DNA from: Octopus sinensis
Taxonomy: Eukaryota
Length of the DNA: 64,000 nucleotides
NCBI RefSeq assembly: GCF_006345805.1
Contig: NC_043005.1
Location: forward strand, 37,386,001 to 37,450,000
Direction: 5' to 3'
The notes below the pieces were generated by a model. The model did no database searches. It was not told where the DNA came from and saw only the letters and a list, made by a program, of their open reading frames with translations. Both the position numbers and the translations under genes were made by a program. Positions 1-12,751 of this stretch are shown here, piece by piece. Numbering within the stretch: position 1 is the stretch's first letter; each line of letters opens with the position of its first letter.

Positions 1-552
1 ATAATTATTACCTGTAAGTGTTATTTTCACAGTAATTCATTAATTTTTGCTAGAAATCAGAAAAATATTAATTTTACAATTAACAATATGCTAATAAGAA
101 TATGACATCAGATTTCCTCATTCTTAATTAACTTTCAGTTCGAATAGCTGTGAATATCAATTTTGAAAATTTACACATCAAATTGATTTTGATTTGATGT
201 TAAGATTTTAAGTCAGGGAATTTTTTTGCCTGACTCTTTACATGATCAGCCAAATCACACCTGATGATCTAACAAAAGCATTGTTGAATATGCAATCCTA
301 GTTACACAAAGCTTGAATAAACTGATAGAAAGGTCAAAGTTGGAATTCCTTTGATCATAGGTCTATTCAGTCAGGACCAATTTGGGAAGAAACTAACATC
401 CCAAAGCCTTCTGTTTCCACAAAATCATTGAGCCATTCATTAAAGATAAATTTACCAATCTTGACAGAATAGATCTAAAGATAAATCCATCTTAGGATAT
501 AGAATTTTCCAGTCTACTCATAGTTAGCACAAGTGTGTGTGTGAGGCATATG

Positions 553-965
553 TGGAGCTATGTGGTTGAGAAACATGCTTCCCAACTATATGGTCTCAAG
601 TTCAATCCCTCTGTAAAACAGCTTAGATAAGTGTCTTCTACTATAGCCCCAGGCTGACCAAAACTTTGTGTGTGAGTTTGATTGATGGAAACTATGTGGA
701 AGACCATCATGTCTATGTATATATATATATGTGTGTGTGTGTATGTGTGTCTGTGTTATTGTTTGTATTTGACCCCCACCACTGCTTGACAACCAGCGTT
801 AGTTTGTTTACATCCTCACAACTTAGCAATTCAGCAAAAGAGACAAATAAAATAAGTACCAGGCTTAATAAAAAAAATAAGTACTGGAGTACATTTGTTT
901 GACTAAACCCATCAAGGCAGTACTCTATCATGGCTGCATTCTCATGACTGAAACAAATAAGAGAA
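553..965 (+). mobile_element. Same SINE family, older full copy
   Basis: Head, internal (TA)n(TG)n and tail, more diverged. Confidence 0.8.
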
Positions 966-1284
966 AAAGGCAAAAGATAGTATCATCTTCTCATAATATC
1001 TGGTGCCTCCATTAAAGACTCTTGCATAAAATGTTAAACAGTATATGTTTTGTTGTGTCTTGGGAGGGCCATTATACCAATAACAAGCACACACACTGGT
1101 TCTATTTCACTTCTTTATTTTTATTAGTCACTTGGTTAACCATTGAGCAATCGATTGTTGATTAATTCATTTGGTTAATCAAGCAGTTAGTTTTGTCAAA
1201 GTCCTTTTGTCACCATTTGCAGCTGCATCAGTATCATGCCCTTTCCAACTCCTTGTCAGTTTCAGGTCTGTCTGTCTTCTCTAA

Positions 1285-1640
1285 GCCCTAAATGCAGATG
1301 ACATCCAATGATTAGAGAGGAGCAAAGCTGGTGGGCTCCCCTGGATGTGCAATGTCAGTGTACACGAATGACTGAGTGCTTATGTATTGAGAGAAAAGAT
1401 ATAAGAGGAATTAGCTGCAGTGTGCAAGAGAGAAGTTTGTGTTGGTTGGATCATGTGATGCATATGGACGAGGACAGTTGCATAAAGAAGTTCTGATTAC
1501 TGAAAGTGGAGAGAAGATGCAGAAGAGGGAAACCTAGGAAGACATCAGACAAAGTATTGAAGGCTGATCACGAAACGCTGAATCTTACAAAGATGACAAA
1601 TAACCGAGATACATGTCACAATGCTGTACTCAAAATGACC
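1285..1640 (+). mobile_element. RTE-clade LINE 3' fragment (decayed)
   Basis: Translates to ..GISCSVQERSLCWLDHVMHMDEDSCIKK..RRGKPRKT.., matching the RTE C-terminal RLRW.GHV.RM / GRPRKTW region. Confidence 0.75.
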
Positions 1641-4600
1641 CACCCACCACAACAGAATTAATATTCTAAAACCTCCTTGGTAATACTTGCCTATAAGGGG
1701 TTCTTTCCTGTCAATCTTCTCCCCCACCACATTTCATCCCCTAACACCCATCACTTCTATCACCTGAGAGCAGAATAGGAACTTACTGCACCAACCTGGC
1801 TTTCTCTGTTACCGTTACTCTCCACTCGGTTACTTTCTTCCCCTGCCTACAGTCTCCATCAATCACCTTCTTTCTATGTCTTCTCTCCTCTCTTTGTGCT
1901 GCTCTCCATCATAAACTCTTCACTTTCCTCCTACCACCCTTGATGCCCTCACATATCTGCTGCAAACCCCAACCCTGAATCTCAGCTATATTTCTCTCCA
2001 TCATTTGCTACAATCACCTCACCTTGCCCACTCACCCAGCCCAAACCATCTATTGTCACCACTCAAAATGTCCCTTGAGGGCATGTCCTGACACATCCCT
2101 ACCATCTTCTCTCTCACTCACACTCAATTTACCTTATTCTTCAACTTATCCTCCTTTGCCATCTGGGCTACCCATGTATCTACTCTGCAGCAAGACGTCT
2201 ATATATGTCTCCACTATACCTTAAATCTGTCAATTGGCACAAGGCCACACCGACTCACTCCCTTCTAGTTGAGGAATATTTGCCTTACAAGGTACTTCGT
2301 GATTCTGACAGTGCTGGTGCTATGTAAAATGTACTGGTGATGGTACCATATAAACAGCATTGATAATTCGTACCATAAAAAAACACTAGTGCTGGAGTCT
2401 GGTGATTGGTGTCATGTAAAAAAAAATCTAGGACACCCTGGCATTAGGAAGGGCATCCAGTTGTAAAAAAAAACATGCCTAAACAGACTAAGGAACTTGG
2501 TTCAGCTCCTGGCCTTTTTTTTTTTCTTGTTGTTGTTAAGCAACAAGACGGGTAAGGGTGATTAGGTGATGGTCTAAGGGTTTAGGGGCAGGAGACCCAA
2601 GACCTTGGAAAAAAAAAACTCTGGTCATCTTGTTGTAGTCGAGGGCTCTTTGTTGACGCCTGACACCACTGGGAGGTGACCCTCGAAGTCACTGGAAAAG
2701 GAGAGTTCCAGGTCCAAATTCTTGAACGGTAACTCCTGGCCTTGACAGCTTCTGTCAAATCATCCAACCCATGCCAGCATGGAAAACAGACATTAACTGA
2801 TTATGATGATTTATGAAGTTGCATGGATGTGAGTGAGAATGTACATGAGAAGGGGAGGGAGAGAGAAAAAGAGTGTGTGTGAATGTATGTTCATATGTGT
2901 GTGCACGTTATTCTGCTATGTGAGCATATGGCTGTATGTTTGTCTGGTGTAGTTTGTTCCTTAAGTGCATTGAAGAGAACGTGTGTGTTTGTGTGTGCTC
3001 AGCTGCACTTGCATATGTGTCTGGTGTACAATTTATGGTGGGCGTGGTTGTTAAAATGCTTATTCTTTGTGTCTTTATCTATTGATCCTGTCTCAGTGCC
3101 CGCGTTCACATAAATAATGTTGTAAATGAAATAAAAAAAACAGAATATATGTTATTCTATATTGTTCTTTTCAAGTTCACTTTCAAAGAGCATAATTCTA
3201 ATAATAATCTTTCAAAGAGCGAAATGTGTTAATGTCTACCCCATATCTGTAGTTGTCTCAGTGATGGTCATTGAAGTTTTGAGTTCATTTGCCTTACAAG
3301 ACACGAAATGTATTTTGTCCAGTCAGAGCATCTATCCATGCTCCTAACACATAAGTGGGACTGATATATTTTATCGTGATCTTTTTAAATAGTACATTAG
3401 ATTATTGTATACTTCATCACTATCGTCATCATTTAATGTCTATCTTGCATTCTGGCATAGACTGGGCAACAGCTCTGTGTCCATCAAGATGAACATGAGG
3501 TTCTGACAACAAAATGTATATGCATACAACTGCCCCCTTCCAAGTTAACCCTTTCAAGCCCTTCCCACCACACTCTCATCTCCCTATTATTTACCCTTCA
3601 ATCACTCTGCTAACTACTTCAGTATTCTGTTACTGTAATTACATGATGTATCATCATCATCATCATCGTTTAATGTCTGCTTTCCATGCTGGCATGAGTT
3701 GGACGGTTTGACTGAGTACTGGCAAACCAGAAGGCTGCACCAGCCTCCAATCTGATCTGGCAAAGTTTCCACAGCTGGATGCTCTTCCTAATGCTAACCA
3801 CTCCAAGAGTGTAGTGGGTGCTTTTTACATGCCACCAGCATGGGAGCCTGCCAGGCGGCACTGGCAACGACCATGCTTGAATGGTGCTTTTTACATGCCA
3901 TTCAGGTGGCACTGGCATTGGCCACGACAATGATTATATATGGGATGTATATGATGTATGTATATGTGAAATTAGATGAGCTTAAATATAAATCTAGTGC
4001 AGACACTGACTTGAGGAAAAAGAAAGTATTGCACAGAACAAATAAAATACAAAAGCACTTCTTAAAACAAGTCTATTTATGAATGTGGTGTTGGTGTTGG
4101 AGTTAGGATGAAAATATAATTGATAACAAGATGCAAGCAAATTATGTGTGTGTGTGTGTGTAAAGGGAGATAGGGAAAGAAAGAAATAGATAGATATAGA
4201 TTGTATCTATACCTATGTTTCAGAATCTACATAATTGTGTGTATATCTGTATCTTATATATATGTCCAAGCTGTGAGTGTATACTTGTGTGTACCTGTGC
4301 ATTTGTTTTCTGTAATTAACTAATAACTCATGGCAATATCAAGGCATCAGCCAATTCCTTACACATTTTGAAATCCCCAGTAGAACGCAACAGGTGTGTT
4401 CCAAATATAGATTATGAGAATTAATGAAGTATTTCCAAAATAAAATTTATATGCAGAAACAGAGAGAGAGAGAGAAAGTAGATATGTGAGAATTATATGT
4501 TTCCATTTTAACAAGTGCTGAACTGTTTATAGACATATAAATATGTTTTCTCTTTATTTCACACACACATTGTTTCCTGTCTATCAATGCTACCTTTCAA

Positions 4601-4732
4601 TTTAATATTACATTTATATTTCCAGTATTCTCTGCCATTCCACCTTTAACAGCTTATAGCGGAACAAGTGACATGATGACTGATGATGTTCTTTAAATAT
4701 GTAAATAGTGTTCATAATTAAATTAGTAATCA

Positions 4733-5895
4733 AGGCAGTGAGCTGGCAGAATCATAATTAGCAAGCCAAGCAAAATACTTAGCGTCGTTTCTTCTGTTTC
4801 TGCGTTTTGAGTTCAGATTCCGCTGAGGTCAGCGTTGCCATTCATCCTCTCGGGATCGATAAAATAAGCACTAGTTGAGTCTTGAGGTCGATGCAAGTTG
4901 ACTTACCCACTCCCCCGAAATTGCTGGCCTTGTTCCAAAGTTTGAAACCAATAATTAAATTAATACTTATTTCAGACGTGACTATGTGGGTGCAGTTATG
5001 ATGGTGTGGTTAAAAAGCTTGCTATGCAACCACAGGGTTTTGTGTTCAGTTCCACAGTGTGACAACTTGGACAAGTGTTTTCTTCTACAGCTTCAGGCTG
5101 GCCAATGCCTTCTGAATGAATTTTGTTTACAGGAAATTTGTGGAAACAAGTATAAGAGTAAAAGAGTAAGAAAATACCAGTAATGATGACTTTCTGCATT
5201 TGCTATAACATAAGAGATGCCAAGTTAACTTCCAGCCTATTATTGAGGACATTTTCTTAATAAACTAAATGTACCAATTGCAATTAGCATTCTAATTTGT
5301 TTCATTACTTCCTGCAGCCTATGATACCATGCTATTCGCTCTTTTCAGCTATCTAATATTTCCTGATTATTCTGATTGATTAGTCCCTTCCACCAAAATT
5401 GCTGCCTTTGTGGACAAAATTTGAAACCATTATTATTATAATTATTATTAATTTGGTAGCGGGTTGAAGAATTGTTAGCGGGCAAGGTAAAATGCTTAGC
5501 GGCATTCCATCTGTCTTCGTGTTCTGAGTTCCAATAATGCTAGGGTCGACTTTACCTTTCATCCTTTTTGGAGTAAATAAAGTAAGTACCAATTGGGCAC
5601 TGGGATCAATGTAATTGATTTATTCCCTCCCCCGAAATTTCAGACCTTGTGCTTTTATTGGAAAGAATTATCATTATCATTATTATTGGTATAGGGTGGT
5701 AAACTGGCAGAATCCGACAAAATGCTTAGCAGTATTTTGTCCATCTTTACATTCTGAGTTCAAATACCACTGTGGTTGACTTTGCCTTTCATCTTTCGAG
5801 GTCGATAATATAAATACCAGTTGAACACTGGGGTTGATGTAATCAAGTTAGTCTCTTCCTTGAAATTGCTGATCTTGTGACAAAATTTAAAGTCA
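4733..5895 (+). repeat. Cluster of (ATT)n-tailed tRNA-SINEs
   Basis: Copies at ~4733-4950, 5440-5660 and 5690-5895 with gctggcagaatc heads and gagttca(a/g)att B boxes. Confidence 0.75.
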
Positions 5896-6183
5896 TTATT
5901 ACTGTTATTGTTATTGTTGTTGTGGTTGTTGTTGTTACTATATCTGAAATATAGTTGCTGGAAGTGTTACTAATGTACCTGCTGTTCACTTCCCATGAAT
6001 TAAGGAGATTTTTTTTAAACTTTCTTTTTAAAGTCTGGAGGACTTTGTGGAGACTCCTTGCACTGCCAAATAATGTTGTTTTCTGGATCTGCTCTATGTT
6101 CATTTTTATACCTATCTTTTCTAACACTTTTCACTTCTTTGTTCACTGTACGTGGTGTCCCAACAACAACAACAACAACAACA

Positions 6184-6246
<63 letters not shown>

Positions 6247-6304
6247 GGCTGCTTAGTGGCATTTCATTTGTCTGAGTTCAAATGCTGCCACAGTCGAATT
6301 TGCT

Positions 6305-6616
6305 GGGTTGTTTAAGGATGATTAATGAAACACCCATTGCTTTTAAGGTTGAATTATTCAAACCACAGAGAATTCCTCTCAAACCATGGCTATGATGCTT
6401 CCCCATTACTTCTGTTTGTGGTCAGAGATGCATGTATCATCAGTACTAAGGGACATGCTCAACTGGTTAAGACAAACAACTGACAAATCTGCAGTACTGA
6501 GCAGAATATTTGCTATAGCCCATCCCTTACATTCAGACAAAACACGTACATGATAACATTTCCAACCAGTTAAGGTCAGAAACCATGAGAGCCACTGCTT
6601 AGTATTGCACCAGTGC
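6305..6616 (-). mobile_element. Partial copy of the (TAA)n-associated element (other half)
   Basis: gggttgtttaaggatg...ccatgagagccactgc matches 7390-7688. Followed by ttattatta. Confidence 0.7.
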
Positions 6617-7109
6617 TTAATATTATTAATATTATTATCAACATCATCATGGCCTAGTGGTTAGGGTGAATTATCATGACCTAGTGGTTAGGATCTCATG
6701 ATCATGAGTTCAATTTCTATACTGGGTGGTGTGTTATATTCTTGAGCAAAATACTTTACTTCACATTACTCTGTGATCTTTTTGACAATTGACATGTGGT
6801 ACACCAATGTACCTGTCCAGGCAATGTCGACTTGATGGAGGGAGTGAGCTAATGTATGGCACATGCATTTAATCATTATAAACAAATCATTTCTGCAGGT
6901 CGTTTGCCAAAAGTTGAATGCTCATACATTGTCTTTGATGTGAGAGTCTATCATTATCATGGCAGGCAGCTGGCAGAATCATTACTTCCAATCGTATGTT
7001 CGAATTTCAAGTGCTACTGGGGCTGACTTTGTCTTTCATCCCTTTAGGGTCAATAAAGTAATTAGCAATTGTGCACCAAAATTGTTGGCCACATGTTAAA
7101 ATTTGAAAC

Positions 7110-7149
<40 letters not shown>

Positions 7150-7688
7150 GAGTGAGAGAGCAGTGCTTGCCATCAAAATGACGCTGGTGTACAAATATAT
7201 GAAGCCCAATATACTCATCATGACTGCCTGTCTGATAAGGGTAGACTAGGCACATGCAGCACAATGATATGTGCATGACATGGTGATCTCATATCAAAAT
7301 AAGCAGTGCATGATCTTGCAAGTGGGGCCCAGTTAGAATTTTCTTCAGGTTCAGTAGCCCATTCCGCTCAAAAGGTGTCTGAATGTTGACTGAAAAAAAC
7401 AACCTGGTTACCAGAGGTGAATTATTCAAACTCCAAAGAATTCCCTTCAATGCATGGCTATAATTCTCCCTCACTACTTCTGCTTGTGATCAGAGATGCA
7501 CATACCATCAGACACTAAGGGACATGCTCAACTGGTTCAGGTCAAAAGATCGACAAGCAAATCTGTGGTATTGAGCAGAACATTTGTTGTAGCCCATCTT
7601 TTACACCAAGACAAAACATGTACATGATAACACTTCCAGTCAGTTAAGATGAAAAGCCATGAGAGTCAGTGACCAATATTACACCAGG
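7150..7688 (-). mobile_element. Unclassified ~550 bp non-autonomous element associated with (TAA)n, near full length
   Basis: Similar to 40597-41111 (reverse complement), 11005-11290 and 6305-6616. Starts directly after (TTA)n with gagtgagagagcag. Strand assigned by analogy to the Dong orientation. Confidence 0.75.
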
Positions 7689-9580
7689 AAAGTTATTATT
7701 ATTAAGGTGGTGGGCTAGCAGAATCGTTAGCACATCTGACAAAATGCTTATTGGTATTTCACCCGTTGCTACAATCTGAGTTCAAATTCTGCTGAGGTTG
7801 ACTTTGCCTTTCATCCTTTTGGGATCAATAAATTAAGTACCAGTTACGTACAGGAGTCGATCTAATTGACTGACTCCTCCTCCTAAATTTCAGGCCTCTG
7901 GCCTATAGTAGAAAGGATTATTATTATCATCATCATCATCATCATTATTATTATTAGTAGTAGTAGTAGTATACATTTTGTTTTGAAGTTGGGCAAGGAA
8001 AAGAATTATTTTTTCTTTTAAATCTAAGAAATTTTAATTGAATGATTTTTCATGTGGATATTTTCACTTCAAAGGAATATAAATTTTTCTGGCATATTTA
8101 TCTCAGTATCTCAATATCAGCATTTTTTTTCCCATACGAAAATCTTGTTTTCAATTAAAACTTAGATTAAACTTATTACTCACCTCATTCTCATGATTTT
8201 TCTCCTTATAAATTCTTATGTGACTTGGTTAATTAGGAAACATTTGTTTCAGTTTTAATGAATATTCACAACATTAAAATCTGCTTTGGTTTAATGACCT
8301 GGCATTGTTGACCCTTAAAGCTCCCTGTTTCCTCTCATTCAATTTCTTAGAAATTACCTATGCCATGGTACCACTATGCTGGTACCACTTAGAAGAGATC
8401 TGAATCAGATATTTGGTATTCAAATACCAAGGGGTATTTGAATATATATTATCAAAACTTATAATGCATGTTGAATTTGCTGATTATAACATTTAGCTTA
8501 GTAATCTCCTTCCTGAGTTGACTTATGTCAGGGAGTTCAAGCTGAGTGCCTGATCTTGGACAGCTAGCAGCACTTTCCTATATATTCGCATGTCTCTATC
8601 ATGCATCCAATTCTATCATTAATAAATCATAAAAGCACTTTTGTATAAGAACATACTTACATTCTATTTAATTTCTTCATTTTCTTATTCAATTCTTTCT
8701 TCTTTTTTTATTCTATAAGCTGTATTAACCCTGTATCATTATATTCATCCAAGATGTTGGGGGTTAAGTGGTAACAGTGTAAGCAGTAACTATCTAATCC
8801 AGTGATTGATGTAACATATTAGAGCAAAACTAAATTTTCTTTGTACAGGATATCAGATTCTTTACATTTGCAACACAGTCCTTTATATTTATCAAACACA
8901 TTTTTGTTTTTAAATTTATAATTTCCATATTGTATGTTGCATTATATCAAGAGCAAAGATTGCTGTAGACTGCCATAATCTTCCTAGAAGATCAATATTA
9001 ATATACACTTTCATACTGTGGTTTTGATAATGAAAGCGACAATAGTCATGCAAATTAGCTTGTCCAAATTGCATTACCATTTATATCTCATAGGTACAGG
9101 CATGGCTGTGTGGTTAAGAAGTTTGCTTCCCAACCATGTAGTTTCAGGTTCAATCACACCACATGACACCTTGAGTGTCTCCAATATATCTATGGACTGA
9201 CCAAAGACTTGTAGGTGGATTTGAGAGACAGAAACTGAAAGAAGTCCATCATTATGTTTGTGTGTGTGTCTGTGTGTGTGTGCGTGTGTCTGTGTATATG
9301 TGTACATGTTTTTTGTGTGTATGTGTGTGTACTCTTGTCTTCATATTATGTAGTGATTGTAAATGAAATCATCATCATCATATCAGCAGTGTTGTTTGCT
9401 TTTAGTCCTCCGTGGAAATATTTGGCTGAGAGAAATGCAACCTTAAATGGAAACAGGTGGGCATTGGTGACAGGAAGGGCATCTGGCTGTAGAAAATCTT
9501 CCTCAATATATTTTGTCTGACCCTTACAAGCAGGGAAATGTCTGTAATAAATGATGATGAAGATGATCTGAACTTACCTT

Positions 9581-9995
9581 TGGAGTGGCTGTGTGATAAG
9601 TAGCTTGCTTACCAACCACATGGTTCTGGGTTCAGTCCCACTGTGTGGCACCTTAGGCAACTGTTTTCTACTATAGCCTCAGGCTGATCAAAGCCTTGTG
9701 AGTGGATTTAGTAGACGGAAACTGAAAGAAGCCTGTCGTATATATGTATATATATATATATATATATGCGTATGCATGTATATATGTTTGTGTGTCTATG
9801 TTTGTCCCCCAACATCGCTTGACAACCGATGCTGGTGTGTTTACATCCCTGTAACTTAGCGGTTCAGCAAAAGAGACCGAAAGAAAAAGAACTAGGCTTA
9901 CAAAGAATAAGTCCTGGGGTCGATTCCTTCGACTAAAGGCGGTGCTCCAGCATGGCTGCAGTCAAATGACTGAAACAAGTAAAAGAGTAAAGAGT
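9581..9995 (+). mobile_element. Same SINE family, full copy
   Basis: Head, internal (TA)n and tail as in 36694. Confidence 0.88.
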
Positions 9996-10049
9996 ACTAG
10001 TATATTGTCATCATTATCATTTATGTATTCCTATTGATGTGGATTGATG

Positions 10050-10240
10050 TTGATAGCTCCATAAAGAAGTTCTAATCCCTCAAAGTGGCTGAATCTCGTG
10101 GAAGAGGGAGACCCAGGAGTATGTGGGATGAAGTACTGAAAAATGACCTTAGTACACTAAACCATATAGAGGAGATGACAAAGGACTGAGAGTTCTGCCA
10201 ACCTGGTGTACTCAAGAAGACCCATTCTCCACAGCTTAAG
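10050..10240 (+). mobile_element. RTE-clade LINE 3' fragment
   Basis: SLKVAESRGRGRPRSMWDEVLKNDL..EEMTKD, same family as 1285-1640. Confidence 0.7.
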
Positions 10241-10544
10241 TGTTAATGCCACTCCCCCTGCTGAAGAGGATTGACCAGCAAGAGCCCTTTCCTGTTGTTA
10301 CACAAAAGCGCTCAGCATACTGTAAAGTGGTCGGCATAGGGAAGAGCATCCAGCCAGAGGAACCAAGTCAAATCAGACTGGAATATGGTGCAGCTCTCCT
10401 GCTTGCCAGTTACAGCTGAACTGTTCAACCCTTGCCAACATGGAAAACAAACGTTAAAGGAGGAGGAGGAGGAGGAGAGGATGATGATGACGATGATGAC
10501 GATGATGACGATGACGATGATGATGACGATGATTATTATTATTA

Positions 10545-10601
<57 letters not shown>

Positions 10602-11004
10602 GGGGTTATGGATTAGCACATTAGACAGAATGCCTTGCATTATTACTTCCAGCTCTTTACATTTTGATCTCAATTCCCATTAAAGGCCAAGTTTGTTTTT
10701 TATTTTTCTGGGTTGATAAAATAATATATCAGCCAAGTATGAGGGGCAATAGTATTGACTACTTTACGTCATCTCAAAACTACTGGCCTTGTGCCCAGCC
10801 TGGCAAAATCATTAGCACACTGGTCAAAATGCTTAACAGCATGTCACCTGTCAGAGTTAAATTGTTGCCATGGTGACCTTTGTCTTTTATTTGTCTGGGG
10901 TTAATAAAATAAGTATCAGTTGAGCACTGGGAACAATGTAATCAAATACCCCCTCCCACAAAAGTTTAGGCTTTTTGCCTATATTACAAAGAATTATTGT
11001 TATT

Positions 11005-11290
11005 GAGTGAGAGAGCAGTACATGCCATCAAGATGGCTCAGAAGTACAAATGTACAAAGCCCAGTATACCCATCATGACTACCTGTCCGATAAGGGTACA
11101 CCAGGCACATGCATCACAAACATATGTGCATGATATGATGACCTCATATCAAGATAAACAGCACATGACCTTGCAGGTGGGGGTCCAGGTAGAAATTTCT
11201 TCAGGTCAAGTAGCCCATCTTGCTCAAGAGGTCCCTGAATAAGAGTTGTTTAAGGATGCTGAATGAAACACTGATGTTTCCAGAGAAATG
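11005..11290 (-). mobile_element. Truncated copy of the (TAA)n-associated element
   Basis: gagtgagagagcagtacatgccatc...gtccctgaataagagttgtttaagg matches the first half of the 7150 copy. Confidence 0.7.
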
Positions 11291-11764
11291 CCAAAGCTGA
11301 CTTCATGTTGTGAGTTCAAATTCCGCCAGGGCCAACTTTGCCTTTCATTCTTTCAGGGTTGATAAAATAAGTACCACTTACATACTGAGGTCAATGTAAT
11401 CGACTAGCTCCAACCCCAAAATTTCAGGCCTTTTGCCTATAGTAGAAAGGATTATAATTATTATTATTATTATTATTATTGTTATTATTATTATTATTAT
11501 TATTGTTGTTGTTGTTGTTGTTATTATTATCATTATTATTATTGTTATTGCAATGATCTGACAAAATCGTTAGCATGCTGGGTGAAATGCTTTGTGGTAT
11601 TTCATCTGCCACTATGTTCTGAGTTCAAATTCTGCCAAGGTTGACTTTGCCTTTCATCGTTTCGGGGTCGATAACTCAAGTACTGGGGGTGATGTGATCA
11701 ACTGACCCCCTCCCTACAAAATCCTGGCCTTGTACCTACAGTAGAAAGGATTATTATCATTATT

Positions 11765-12315
11765 GCCTTTGCACAGCTTCTAATGCCGGAGGTGTACTGT
11801 GGTGTCAGCTGTTCACTACCAGTGAACTAAGGTAACACCTCTTATTTTCAAGCACCTTCTGGAGTATTTGGGCAGTCCCAAGTAGTTCTGTTTTCTGTAA
11901 GTGTTCCACCCTTATTGCAGCCCCTATTTGTTCTACTTACTTCTTGAGATTTTTGCTCACTGTTCCCAGAGCTCCAACAATTATTGGTACTACTGCTACC
12001 CTCTTCATCGACCACAACTGCTTAACTTCCCAAGCTAACCTGTCATATCTCTTGACTTTTCTCTCTTCCTTATTACATAGCTGGGCATGCTATATCTATA
12101 ATCCAGCATAGTTTGTTTTCTTTCTCAATTAAGACTATGTCTAGCTTCCTATTCTCTATCTCATGGTTGCACTGAATCATAAAATCCCATAGGATCTTTG
12201 CATTTTTATTTTCAAGTTTGTAGTCGAACCAATATTTTACTCTGTCAAGTCCATACTTGTTGCAAATTGTCCAATAGAAAAGCCTGGCTATATTGTTGTG
12301 GCATCTCTTATATTC
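11765..12315 (-). mobile_element. Second, divergent 5'-truncated R4/Dong-clade element (decayed RLE domain)
   Basis: Minus strand: EYKRCHNNIARLFYWTIC..KILWDFMIQCNHEIENRKLDIVLIEKENKLCWIIDIACP, then a frameshift, then KVKRYDRLAWEVKQLW..VPIIVGALGTV..LLGTAQILQKVL with one internal stop. The 3' end abuts (TAA)-like repeats. Confidence 0.85.
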
Positions 12316-12355
12316 CTCCTCCTCTTCCTCCTCCTCCTCCTCCTCCTCCTCCTCC

Positions 12356-12395
<40 letters not shown>

Positions 12396-12653
12396 TATTA
12401 TTATTATTATTTTTATTATTATTATTATTGCAATGAGCTGGCAGAATCGTTAGCACCCTGCACAAATTGCTTAGTTCCATTTTGTCTGTCTTTGTGTTCT
12501 GAGTTCAAATTCTGCTAAGGTTAGTTTTGCCTTTCGTCCTTTCAGGGTCAGTAAAATAAGTCCCAGTTAAGCACTGGGGGGTCGATGAAGTTGACTTAAT
12601 CCTCCTCCTCCAAAATTTCAGGTTATGTGCCTATAGTAGAAAGATTGTTATTA

Positions 12654-12704
<51 letters not shown>

Positions 12705-12720
12705 TATTATTGTTGTTGTT

Positions 12721-12751
<31 letters not shown>

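Larger units (their letters stand above)
10600..12645 (+). repeat. Head-to-tail array of at least five (ATT)n-tailed tRNA-SINEs interleaved with a Dong fragment and the 550 bp element
   Basis: Copies at ~10600, 10795, 11290 (partial), 11553 and 12430, all on +, most starting in or near the (TTA)n tail of the previous one. Confidence 0.8.

Noticed and set aside
1650-2260. C/T-skewed segments (also ~15900-16150, 23200-23640, 33060-33330, 55680-55980) as potential coding or G4 regions
   Set aside because: No sustained frame or regular G-tract pattern; most likely old dispersed repeats.
8184-8223. 40 nt minus-strand exon candidate HIRIYKEKNHENE with GTGAGT donor
   Set aside because: Weak acceptor, no compatible neighbouring exons and no recognisable peptide.
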